Positions 1 to 9,451 of a stretch of 64,000 nt of DNA are shown here, one piece after another. Under the pieces are notes generated by a model that worked only from the letters and a program-made list of their open reading frames with translations, was not told the origin of the DNA and did not search any database. Each line of letters opens with the position of its first letter. Within the stretch, counting starts at the first letter, position 1. This DNA comes from a virus, in IMG/VR virus record IMGVR_UViG_3300030116_003627, positions 4,240 through 68,239 of that record; one strand, written 5' to 3'. A program made the position numbers and the translations under genes.

Positions 1-238
1 AAAATCTATTTGTTGGACTTAAATCAGCATCATCAACATCTGTTAGAGCTCTAAGAGTGGTAGTAATACCATCAATCGGTGCAAATCTAAATTCACTAGC
101 AGAGTCATTATATACTAGATATTTATTAGTCGCCCCAATACCACTATCATTTACATCATTAAGTTGTCTGACTCCAATTGAACTTACACCAGTTGGTATG
201 CCAGAAGTTACCTTTTTGACATAAACTGTCTTGGCCAT
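1..238 (-). CDS. Tail-fibre-like virion protein, 5' part (runs off the window)
   Basis: ATG at 238 overlaps the stop of the upstream ORF (TAATG). Open frame MAKTVYVKKVTSGIPTGVSS...LNDVNDSG...YLVYNDSASEF...LRALTDVD has L-x-D-V fibre-type repeats. Confidence 0.6.
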   Translation of the reverse strand, partial: MAKTVYVKKVTSGIPTGVSSIGVRQLNDVNDSGIGATNKYLVYNDSASEFRFAPIDGITTTLRALTDVDDADLSPTNRF

Positions 239-897
239 TAGAAGGAACCCCCGTCAATCAAGAATGCATCATCTGCCAAAGCATCTGCAATTGCTGCTGA
301 GTCAACAGCGGCAGTTCCTGTAATTACGCCAGCGCTATCAATTGTGATATTACTACCTGCTGAGTATACAGTTAAAATATAATCTGAATCTGCGATTGCC
401 AAAACTTCGCCAGAGTCAATTCCAGCAGCTGTGCCAAAAATATACCTTTGACTTGCACTGTCATATTTTAAAATTTGATTGTGAGTTGCAGTTCCATCTA
501 CATCTGTGAGATCAGCCAACTGAGTGGGAACTTTTTTGGTGCTTGCCTTAAATGCTTTCGCACCTTGAGTGACAGACGGAGTAATCTCTAGAATGCCCTC
601 TACAATACGTTCTGTAGTGTCTGTAGTGGTTGTAATCTCTACATCATAGAAATACCTACCAGCATCAATTGTATTGGTAAAGGCGGCACCTAAGTTGAGT
701 TTAATGATACCATCTGTTGCTGGTGTACCAATAGAGTCGGTAAATTCATAAACAATATTAGAGTTATATTGTTTTCTAAATTTTGCAGCAACAGATATTC
801 CTGTCAGATCACGGGGATTTCTGTTAGCATCAACCACGTCAATCTGAAAAGTAGTGTCTGTTCCCTGTTCGGCTGTTAAAATAGAATATTCAGCCAT
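238..897 (-). CDS. Virion structural protein (BppU-like N-terminal domain plus fibre-type repeat)
   Basis: EQGTD...DLTG...KFRK...AGRYFYDVEI...RIVEGILEITPSVT is typical of T4-like marine phage structural proteins; LADLTDVD repeat; C-terminal IDGGSF. Confidence 0.7.
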   Translation of the reverse strand: MAEYSILTAEQGTDTTFQIDVVDANRNPRDLTGISVAAKFRKQYNSNIVYEFTDSIGTPATDGIIKLNLGAAFTNTIDAGRYFYDVEITTTTDTTERIVEGILEITPSVTQGAKAFKASTKKVPTQLADLTDVDGTATHNQILKYDSASQRYIFGTAAGIDSGEVLAIADSDYILTVYSAGSNITIDSAGVITGTAAVDSAAIADALADDAFLIDGGSF

Positions 898-907
898 TTA
901 CTGTTCC

Positions 908-1615
908 TTAGTTATGTATAGTATGATGACAAATAATTGGATTATTCCCATGACCTAAATCTTTACGAAAAGTATGTACTGCATTCCATCTTGTATCATC
1001 TTCAAAAAAGTCATACTTTAAATATTTATATTTATCACTCTCCTTATTTAGCAGCCACCATAAAGCAAATTGGTCAAAACCTTGTAAAGTTTTTGGATAT
1101 TGGTTTTCAGTTCCTGGCCACCATTCATGATTAGATTGTTTCACCCAAAGTTCATACCAATCCATCATAAATTTTTTTGCAGATGATTTGTACAAACATA
1201 AACCGCCATGAACAGCAAAAGTCACTTCACCAAAATCTACCCCTTTAAAAGCATATTCTCTATCTTTAGTAATTCTTGTCCAAAGCATATCATTATCTTT
1301 TATCTGATCAAAGACAGTTGTAAACTCAGAATTTACAACTTCCATATCAGCGTCAAGGTATAATGTAGTATCATAGGGCGAATTTGACATACACCACATT
1401 TTAGTTCTGATATTAACCGTTGGATTTACATGCGCAGGAATATCAGTTACAACATTATCAAAAATTTTAGATTTAGAATTTAAAAATTCTTTTTCTGTAT
1501 ATAATGTAATGCTAAAATTGGGGGCATAGTCTTTAATTGTCTCAGCTAAGTAACAAGCAGAATTGTAGTATTTTACAAAATTGGTTGCTACAATAATAAT
1601 GCCATTATTCATCAC
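908..1615 (-). CDS. GT-A fold glycosyltransferase-like protein
   Basis: TK...SPYDTTLYLDAD (DxD motif), HGGL, DQFAL and terminal IICHH, a GT8-like layout. Confidence 0.7.
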   Translation of the reverse strand: MMNNGIIIVATNFVKYYNSACYLAETIKDYAPNFSITLYTEKEFLNSKSKIFDNVVTDIPAHVNPTVNIRTKMWCMSNSPYDTTLYLDADMEVVNSEFTTVFDQIKDNDMLWTRITKDREYAFKGVDFGEVTFAVHGGLCLYKSSAKKFMMDWYELWVKQSNHEWWPGTENQYPKTLQGFDQFALWWLLNKESDKYKYLKYDFFEDDTRWNAVHTFRKDLGHGNNPIICHHTIHN

Positions 1616-2234
1616 TCACCAACATTTCAATTGTATCTTCCCAAACTTCTTTTTCATCCATAAAATTAAATGCCATACTATATCGCAAACAATCATTTGA
1701 AGATGCATGGTATACTAATTTTTCTGGTTCATCATAAGCACCAAAATAAAACTGTTTGGCATTCCATCCTTTTTTATCTGGAATAATAATCACTTCTTTT
1801 TTATCATTATCCCAATATCTAAAATCACCCTCACCTGTTTCGGACCAAGTGAACATTATTCCATATCCACTTGCATTTGCATTATTATGCCAGTCACAAT
1901 ATGATTTAGGTGGATAAAATACATCTAAACATATTCTTTGGCAAAACATATACTCAGTTAAAGAACATTTGTGTTTATAGATTTCATCATCAATCACATC
2001 CTTACCATATTTAGAATTATAATAACGAGGCTGCCGAGAAGGATATCCTTTGTGATTGTCTCGCTGAAGCATAATATGTTTTAAATATTCTTCAGAAAGC
2101 CTACGATTTTTTTCATCAAAACATTCATGGTCTTCAACTAGCACATTATCATAATTTATATTTAATAGTCTAGATTCAATATGATTTAACTTTGATAATA
2201 CAAATTTGTCTTTTATCTCAAAGGTCTTCACCAC
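1605..2234 (-). CDS. Hypothetical protein, probable double-stranded beta-helix (cupin/2OG-oxygenase-like) fold
   Basis: YPP...WHNNANA...FTWS..G.G.FRY...YH...RYS pattern. Confidence 0.5.
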   Translation of the reverse strand: MVKTFEIKDKFVLSKLNHIESRLLNINYDNVLVEDHECFDEKNRRLSEEYLKHIMLQRDNHKGYPSRQPRYYNSKYGKDVIDDEIYKHKCSLTEYMFCQRICLDVFYPPKSYCDWHNNANASGYGIMFTWSETGEGDFRYWDNDKKEVIIIPDKKGWNAKQFYFGAYDEPEKLVYHASSNDCLRYSMAFNFMDEKEVWEDTIEMLVSDE

Positions 2235-2697
2235 TTTTGTTTTCCATTTCTTTCATCATCAGCATAACAGCAAGAGCAGTTGCCTCTACATCAGACTTAG
2301 CTCTTCTAATAGAGGATTTTGCTTCTCTGTCTTCTGATTCAAAAATAGCAGGAATATTGAAAATATCCAATTTTGTTTTAAACAGCTGTTCAAGTCTGTC
2401 CAACTCTCTACCCTGCTCATCTTCTTTTTTGAGGCGTTCATGTTTTTCTTTTTCTTCTTTATTAAAAGTTTCTGTAAACGCATCAATTTCTTCTGGTGAG
2501 TAAATTTCAGTGATGGTATTAAAAAGAATATTTTCTTTGGTTTCTTCCGGGTCTTCCCACTTTTTTACTGTTAGGTTTTGTTTTCTTTCAATCTTACCCA
2601 CTTTTGTGTGTTCTTCAACTTCAATAATTGATTTTTCAATGTTGAGCCAAATTGGTTTCACATATTTTTCTTTCAAAAGGTCATTCTGTGTTAACAT
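2218..2697 (-). CDS. Hypothetical protein (charged, coiled-coil)
   Basis: ORF coupled to its neighbours; E/K-rich. Confidence 0.6.
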   Translation of the reverse strand: MLTQNDLLKEKYVKPIWLNIEKSIIEVEEHTKVGKIERKQNLTVKKWEDPEETKENILFNTITEIYSPEEIDAFTETFNKEEKEKHERLKKEDEQGRELDRLEQLFKTKLDIFNIPAIFESEDREAKSSIRRAKSDVEATALAVMLMMKEMENKSGEDL

Positions 2698-2715
2698 TCT
2701 AAATAAAATCCTTCA

Positions 2716-3945
2716 TTAAATTTTAACATGTAAGTAGTATGCATTAATCTCAAAAGATTGATTGCTGAGTGTTTGAGTAAAGTTGGCAGTGAAATTTACC
2801 AATTGTCTAAAGACGCCTCGTTGACGTTGGTTTTGGCGTTGGTTTGGATACACATTGATCAGCTGGCCTTGTCTTCTTTGACTCCGCAACGCAGCTCGGT
2901 TTGTAAAGTTTCCTGTATAGGCGCCACCTGTAGATTCACCCCCATTACCACCAATAGTTTGAGTAAGTCCACCATTGTCTACAATTGCTTTTCTAAGGTC
3001 TTGGTATTTACCAAGATTTCTATACCCAGCTGGTGGTGTAGCACTTGTAGTAATTTGGAAATGTCCGGGTCTGTTTTGACCTTGATTGTCCATAAGTCTA
3101 TTTAAAAGGCCACCTGCAAAAAACTCTTGCATTTCTAGGTTTGTAGAAGTTTCATCATTACCAGCCATTACACCTACACCAAGGAAAATAGCACCAATGT
3201 TTCTGCGTTTCAAAAGTCTTAGTCCACCATCTGGTCTTTTACTTTTAATAAGAGTGTCTGTGGCAGAACCAGCGGTAATGCCAGTTTTCTGATAAATTCT
3301 AACTCTTTCATGGTCATCTAAAGACCCCGAAGCGTTATCAAATTCTTGATCAAGATTAAGAACTAGTCTCCACTCATCACTATCTAAATATTCTGCTTGA
3401 ACGTCAGCAAAAGTACTCAATACAGTATGATCAGAAGGGGAACTAGTGTGTTTATACGACGCTGCCATTCTATAAACACCCGGCAGATCGTGCTGGTAAA
3501 TCAGACTAAGAATGGCGTCTTGAACAGCTGTGTAAGCTGGATCAGAACCCCCAGAGTCACCAATCTCTTGAAGTCCCCCTAAAGTTCTATCATATCTTAA
3601 AGGGTATACTAAAGCATCACCTGAAGGTGGTGATTTTTGATTGACATTTTGTGTTGTTACCAGCCCCAAATGATAAGTGTCTGTAGAAATAGCATAACTA
3701 GAAGTCGTTGATGCACCATCTGTATTATCTACATTCCAGTAAGTATCTTGAATGGTCCCAACAAATCCGTCAGCGCCGGTGCCGCCTTTTAACTCCCACC
3801 AACCTTTTGATGTAGAGTCGTGAATGTCAGCAAGATATTCACCACATTTTGCCGCCAAAACAATAAGGTCATCTGAGTCAGTTTCAATAAATTTAATGAC
3901 ACCAGTACTAGTATCTAATCGTAAAGGAAAACTATCAGTTGTCAT
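2716..3945 (-). CDS. Probable virion structural protein with Arg/Gln-rich C-terminal segment
   Basis: G/T/S/D-rich composition; lies in the tail operon. Confidence 0.6.
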   Translation of the reverse strand: MTTDSFPLRLDTSTGVIKFIETDSDDLIVLAAKCGEYLADIHDSTSKGWWELKGGTGADGFVGTIQDTYWNVDNTDGASTTSSYAISTDTYHLGLVTTQNVNQKSPPSGDALVYPLRYDRTLGGLQEIGDSGGSDPAYTAVQDAILSLIYQHDLPGVYRMAASYKHTSSPSDHTVLSTFADVQAEYLDSDEWRLVLNLDQEFDNASGSLDDHERVRIYQKTGITAGSATDTLIKSKRPDGGLRLLKRRNIGAIFLGVGVMAGNDETSTNLEMQEFFAGGLLNRLMDNQGQNRPGHFQITTSATPPAGYRNLGKYQDLRKAIVDNGGLTQTIGGNGGESTGGAYTGNFTNRAALRSQRRQGQLINVYPNQRQNQRQRGVFRQLVNFTANFTQTLSNQSFEINAYYLHVKI

Positions 3946-4144
3946 TTACCAATTTCTCCAAAAGTCTTTTAATTTCACTTACATCATCCTCTAACTTGTT
4001 CAATCTTTTTTTATCTTCAGATAACGCTTGCTTTTTTCTTTTAGCAGCTTCTAAACCTGTCATGTCTGTATTTAGTACAACCCCAGACACAGTATCTTTT
4101 ACTAGTCCGGGGTGACCATCAACTTTTACATAATCATCAGACAT
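3935..4144 (-). CDS. Small conserved T4-like phage protein downstream of VrlC-like gene
   Basis: VKVDGHPGLVKD..SGVVLNTD followed by a coiled coil. Confidence 0.7.
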   Translation of the reverse strand: MSDDYVKVDGHPGLVKDTVSGVVLNTDMTGLEAAKRKKQALSEDKKRLNKLEDDVSEIKRLLEKLVNDN

Positions 4145-4147
4145 TCA

Positions 4148-7100
4148 TTAAGTTCCTAATGCGATTGCTCTCAAGTCTTTAATCCGTGGTACTCTAGAAG
4201 AGTTTTGTGCACGGAACACAATCTTCAATTGGAAAGTTGTGAATGGTGTAAGTGTACCACCCAATCCACCAATTGTGTAAACATGTTCACGGAATATATT
4301 AGGATTATCAGTAGTTGCCATTTCAGTATCAATTGTTGCTTTAGTGTAGTTAACGTCATCCATGTCTACATCAGCACCAGGCTCTGTGGTTCTGAAGTAA
4401 AGATCAATGAAAGACCCTGTAGGAACGTTAGCACCAATTAATACTTTCAATCCGACAGCTGGTTCAGCAAGAGAGATTGGGTTTGTAACGTGCTTTGCAG
4501 GAGATGTTCCATCTGGATCAGTCTCTGCAACATATGTGATAGGAACGTTTGTTGTGTCATTCACACCTTCAGCACCATCAGAGTCAACAGGGTTGTCAAC
4601 AATATTGTTAACTGTTGTCAAGGATGCTGTCTGAAGATCAATCACTGGCGAAACATATGTGTCTCTGGTAGACAGACTACCAGTAATCTCTACAGACTTT
4701 CTAGGAGTGGAAGCACCACCAAGTGTAGCCTCATCACCTTCAACTCTTTCAGATGCAATAATTCTTGGAGTATCAAAAACTATTGTTGTATTTGGAATAA
4801 TATCAATATCTTCAAAAGTTCCATATGCAGTGTTGGTTGTGAGATTTGCTTTTGTTAAAGATACAAAGTCAGTGAAACTAGCACTAAAGTTTGCAGTAGT
4901 TGGTTCTAAATTAAACACATCTAGATTTGGTGTTACCTCATCCATGATTGCCTGTTGTTCAGAAACAACTCTCCGACCACCAACAAATGCGTTTTTGGTA
5001 GTAGCAGAGTCTGCCTTAAACTGATACCCGAAAGCATCTACTTTAGTAATTGTTCTTTCACCAAGCAAGCTGGCACCTGTCAAATCACCATATGTCCTGC
5101 TAGAGTCAAGTCCAGTTAATTCAACTTTATCGTTGATTGTGAACCCGTGGTTTGGCATGAATACAGTAACATCACTGTCACCAGCTGTTAACTCAATAGG
5201 AGCTCGTGGCAATCTTGCTGTAGGTACAGCATCATTATCAAATAATGCAGACCCACTAGTTTCAAACTCTGCACGGCGCAACCTAAACATCATATCTCTG
5301 CGCTGATCAGGTGTCCATGTAATAGCATTCTGAGACATAAAGAAGGAACCAAGAGTTGGTTGCTTTCTTACACGTCTAGTATTAGACCCTACAAGGAATT
5401 CTTCAATCTCTGCAACATAAACATTATATCCTTGAGTATTGGCAAGAAGAACAAATGCATGTTCTGTATTACCCGGAATATAAACAGGAGCATCAAATTC
5501 AAACTTAGTAGGTCTTGATCTAATCAAGGCCATACCACCTTCGCCAGCAGCAACTGCTTCAGACAATGGAGTAACATTTGAAATTTCACTGCCCTGTTTG
5601 ACTACAACGCCGCCTGTGACAATCTCATCCTGAGATGGTACACCACTTCTGACAGGACGCAGTTCAAGACGAACAGGAACGTCACTATCAATACTAGCAA
5701 AGTATACATCAATAGAAGTGATAAATGCACCAGCGGTATTTGAAACTTGGAAGGATTGTGCAATAGGATCACGCCGTCTTGGTATTTGAGATACTGTAGT
5801 TCTACTGGATGTAGAAGTTGTAACAACATCTTGGAAGACAACTCTTACACCTTCTGCTTCATATCCAGCAGCTGCAAAAGATAATGCGTTGTTTTCATTA
5901 GCGGATTGAATATCCGTAAGTTTTACAATCTTTCTACCAGCATCAAATCTCAAAGTATCATTGTTTGGCAGGAAGAACGAACCTTCAATTGTACCATTGG
6001 CATCAGTTCTCAGTGTACCCGCACCTTGTGGATGAGAGTCAACATCAGCAAATCTTCCAGCGATGTAAGAAGCCAGTCCATTCCCGTCACCGAATCTTTG
6101 GAATGTTTCTTCTCTAGCATAACCAGTAATATTAGTATCATCAAAGAACAGGAAGTGCTGTCTATCAGGAGCAAGTTCTGTTCCTCTAAAGAATACTTTT
6201 CTGTGTCTGATAAATGGTAACAGAGTGATACTAATAACTCTGCGTCCTACAAGAGTTCTAAGTGTAGTTGTAGTAGTTGTAGTTCTTCTACCACGCCGAG
6301 TACTGGTGTTGCGAGAAGTTGTTCGGCTAATTACCTGATCAGGAACATCAATAACATCACCAACAGAAATGTTACCAAAACTCTCTAAGCTATTTGGATT
6401 ATTAGGGTTATTTGTGTTGATACGATTTGGATCAACTGCAACTCTGATAGGTCTTCTTAACAGCCTTGCTCTATGTCTTCTGCGCCGTGGGTGTCTTGTT
6501 CTGTTTCTATCACGACGAGGTAAACCAATTCTTGGTCTATCTTCTAATACATCTTCTCGCCAAGCGTCAACATTAGGTGACAGAATTAACGTGCCGTTGT
6601 AAAGAATAACATCAAATGGGTTAATGTTTTCAATACCTGTTGCCACATTTTGATTGATTTCAACAGTTTCACTATAACTCAGATATACATTATCGCCTTT
6701 TCTGACCGTGTTGGTAGAACCATCAGAATCATAGAGAAGTCTAACATTTTTTGCACCGACACTAGGCATGATAGAATTTTCTCTGTCGTTATGACTAGCC
6801 CGGTAATCATTGGAGAAAATGTCAGAGAAAGTTAAGTCTTTGAAGTTGTCAGCAAAGAAACCATTTTTAAATCTATTGTTACCATTAGAATCTAAAACTT
6901 CAAGGGCCGAAGTTTCAAGTTCCAACATACTAAGTGTAACCGCTTCTTCAAGATTATCAATTCTCTGTTCAATGTCACCAATGTCACGCATTGTGTATCG
7001 TCTATTATCAATTACACTAATAGACAAATCATCTTCGTTATCAGTGTATGGATTTAAAGCAATATCATACAACTTCATTGTGTTGTCTGGTACTACAGGA

Positions 7101-9436
7101 GATTGTGGATTTAATTGTGGTCTGCCCTCAATATATACAACTGGATTATCAGGGTCTTCTGTTGCAACCAAGATATCTTTTCTTGACTTGTAATATTTAA
7201 TGTCAGTAGTGATTACATCAGTATTTCTAGGCAGTGCATGAATAATAGCACCACCACCGTCAAATCCAGTAGACACACTATCTTTAACACTTCTGAAGTC
7301 CAGAACATCTCTTAGTTCAACATCAAAACCATTTGTCAGTCTGTGAGATGGAATGTCTTCATAGTCTACCGCACCAATATAGGAGTTACGGGAGAAGAAG
7401 TCACCTGTTGCACCATGTTCAAAGTGATTATAAACTGTCCTAATAGTCCCGCCAGTAGGTAATGATTGTCCACCCTTAAGGATTACCCGGCCTCTCTGAT
7501 AGAAGTTATCTCTTTGACCGTTATCAGTAAATACTCTAGCAGAAATGTCAACACTATCAGCATCAAGAATATGCTTGAATTGGTGAATGTCAACATCAGG
7601 AAGTGTTACAAATCTTAGACCAGCACCATCACTTTCAATTGCACCAGTATGATCACTGTCAAGCGAAAGTGTTTTGGTTCTATGCTTTGCATCTGAACCT
7701 CTAGAAACATAACCAATAATTTCAATTGTAGTGCTGTTGACACTAGTATCAATCGTAACAGAGTTGGTTCCAGAACCCGTAATACTGTTAGGTGTAATAA
7801 TAGCACCTGTATCTGTTCTAGCTACAATCCAGAGACCAGTATCTACAAAAGTCTCTGTTCCTGTTACGGTTAAAGTTACGTTACCTGTTCCGTCAGTTGT
7901 ATCTTGGAATCTTCTCTGAACTGTCAGATTAATATCTAAAAGACCGCTTGTAGCTGTGCCTACATCTGATGGTCTTGTTCTAGGAAGGTCAAAGAATACA
8001 TTGTTATTTCCAGCATCTTTAAGTACAGCAATACTATTTTCTAAGATTAAATCTGCACCATTGTCAGAATCAACAGCAATAGCTCTTGTGTTTCTGAAGT
8101 TTTGGCCAGCATTCATATTCACATCAAATAAGTAGTATCTGTAATTAGACCCCTCAGTTTCAACAGAACGAACTTTTGCTGTACCAATTTTACTACCTGT
8201 CAGATTGATATTGGACATGGTATCTGTAAACAGACCATAAGTTTCAAAATCATTAACACCAACATCAGGCAAACCTTTATTACTGGTAACACGAACATAG
8301 TTACCAAAGTTTGCCGGAACATTTACATTTTCTTGTACATCTGTAGTGGTCTGTGACCTATTCACAGTAATATTAGTAGGTGCTGTTTTACTTACTCTAT
8401 AACCATTTGTGTATGCAATACCGGGAGAAATTTCCAAAAGAAGTGTTGAAGCATCATCTGGATTTTCTTTGAATTTAATATCAAAGTTATCTACAACATA
8501 ACTACCAGACTCTTCTTTTGTTCTCAGAGCTAACTCATCGCCAATAATGTTGTATGTATTTTGATCTATCTCTCTTTGAATTACACCGTTTACAATTTTG
8601 TTTGTAATCACAAAGTTAGTACTAGAGTCAACACCTGTCTCATCTGTATAACTGAGAGTCAATCTAATTCTATATCTGTCAGCACCCGGCGCAGTTAAGT
8701 TTGGTGTGCCAAGTTGGTTATCATAAAGTTCATTAGTATCTGTAACTGTAACAATATCTTCTGTGACAATAAATCCAATATCTACTGTAGGAGTATTGCT
8801 GTACTTACTAATAATTTTAGTTTGTGGTAAAGCTTGTACAAAGTGATCACGAACAAAGTAACCACCTAAATTAACTGCAATTTGATAACCTTGCCCTACA
8901 ACATTTGCTGCACTAGTGTCACTATGACCAAGAGCAGACAGTGTTGCAGTAGTTGCTACGTTTACAGAAGATGATCCACCTTGCCCACTCTCATTACCGT
9001 TGGTCAAAGTCTGACCAGCACTAAATTTGATTGGTGTTGTGCCACTAGTCGCTGTACCGCCACTGATGTATTTTACATATACAGTTGGTGGATCATTGTT
9101 TTCTTGTGCTACAAACTCAAGAACTTCTGCCTTTACTCCATTAGGAGCAGTCAAAATATCTTTTCTGTACAGAACAAGACTAGCAGAAGATTGCAGTTTT
9201 ACATATTCATATTCATTATCAATATCTAAACCACCGGGATTTACAACAGACCCCTCTTTAAAGATATTTCTACCAAATCGTGCAAGTTCCTTTTGGATGA
9301 TAGTTTGCATCTGCGTAAGTTCTCTGGCTTGCAGTGCTTTACCAGAGTTAAACAGAATGCGGTGATAGTTGTCACTATCCCTGTAATCATCCTTATAGGT
9401 AGTAGAAAATGTATTTTCGTTAAACGTATTTGGCAT
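4148..9436 (-). CDS. Large virion structural protein, VrlC/DUF4815-like
   Basis: YKDDY..YHRILF..GKALQARELTQMQTIIQ, APGADRY, RRYTMRDIG, RFKNGFFADNF, DPIAQSF, C-terminal PRIKDLRAIAL. Confidence 0.9.
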   Translation of the reverse strand: MPNTFNENTFSTTYKDDYRDSDNYHRILFNSGKALQARELTQMQTIIQKELARFGRNIFKEGSVVNPGGLDIDNEYEYVKLQSSASLVLYRKDILTAPNGVKAEVLEFVAQENNDPPTVYVKYISGGTATSGTTPIKFSAGQTLTNGNESGQGGSSSVNVATTATLSALGHSDTSAANVVGQGYQIAVNLGGYFVRDHFVQALPQTKIISKYSNTPTVDIGFIVTEDIVTVTDTNELYDNQLGTPNLTAPGADRYRIRLTLSYTDETGVDSSTNFVITNKIVNGVIQREIDQNTYNIIGDELALRTKEESGSYVVDNFDIKFKENPDDASTLLLEISPGIAYTNGYRVSKTAPTNITVNRSQTTTDVQENVNVPANFGNYVRVTSNKGLPDVGVNDFETYGLFTDTMSNINLTGSKIGTAKVRSVETEGSNYRYYLFDVNMNAGQNFRNTRAIAVDSDNGADLILENSIAVLKDAGNNNVFFDLPRTRPSDVGTATSGLLDINLTVQRRFQDTTDGTGNVTLTVTGTETFVDTGLWIVARTDTGAIITPNSITGSGTNSVTIDTSVNSTTIEIIGYVSRGSDAKHRTKTLSLDSDHTGAIESDGAGLRFVTLPDVDIHQFKHILDADSVDISARVFTDNGQRDNFYQRGRVILKGGQSLPTGGTIRTVYNHFEHGATGDFFSRNSYIGAVDYEDIPSHRLTNGFDVELRDVLDFRSVKDSVSTGFDGGGAIIHALPRNTDVITTDIKYYKSRKDILVATEDPDNPVVYIEGRPQLNPQSPVVPDNTMKLYDIALNPYTDNEDDLSISVIDNRRYTMRDIGDIEQRIDNLEEAVTLSMLELETSALEVLDSNGNNRFKNGFFADNFKDLTFSDIFSNDYRASHNDRENSIMPSVGAKNVRLLYDSDGSTNTVRKGDNVYLSYSETVEINQNVATGIENINPFDVILYNGTLILSPNVDAWREDVLEDRPRIGLPRRDRNRTRHPRRRRHRARLLRRPIRVAVDPNRINTNNPNNPNSLESFGNISVGDVIDVPDQVISRTTSRNTSTRRGRRTTTTTTTLRTLVGRRVISITLLPFIRHRKVFFRGTELAPDRQHFLFFDDTNITGYAREETFQRFGDGNGLASYIAGRFADVDSHPQGAGTLRTDANGTIEGSFFLPNNDTLRFDAGRKIVKLTDIQSANENNALSFAAAGYEAEGVRVVFQDVVTTSTSSRTTVSQIPRRRDPIAQSFQVSNTAGAFITSIDVYFASIDSDVPVRLELRPVRSGVPSQDEIVTGGVVVKQGSEISNVTPLSEAVAAGEGGMALIRSRPTKFEFDAPVYIPGNTEHAFVLLANTQGYNVYVAEIEEFLVGSNTRRVRKQPTLGSFFMSQNAITWTPDQRRDMMFRLRRAEFETSGSALFDNDAVPTARLPRAPIELTAGDSDVTVFMPNHGFTINDKVELTGLDSSRTYGDLTGASLLGERTITKVDAFGYQFKADSATTKNAFVGGRRVVSEQQAIMDEVTPNLDVFNLEPTTANFSASFTDFVSLTKANLTTNTAYGTFEDIDIIPNTTIVFDTPRIIASERVEGDEATLGGASTPRKSVEITGSLSTRDTYVSPVIDLQTASLTTVNNIVDNPVDSDGAEGVNDTTNVPITYVAETDPDGTSPAKHVTNPISLAEPAVGLKVLIGANVPTGSFIDLYFRTTEPGADVDMDDVNYTKATIDTEMATTDNPNIFREHVYTIGGLGGTLTPFTTFQLKIVFRAQNSSRVPRIKDLRAIALGT

Positions 9437-9451
9437 CTCTTATTTTACCTT

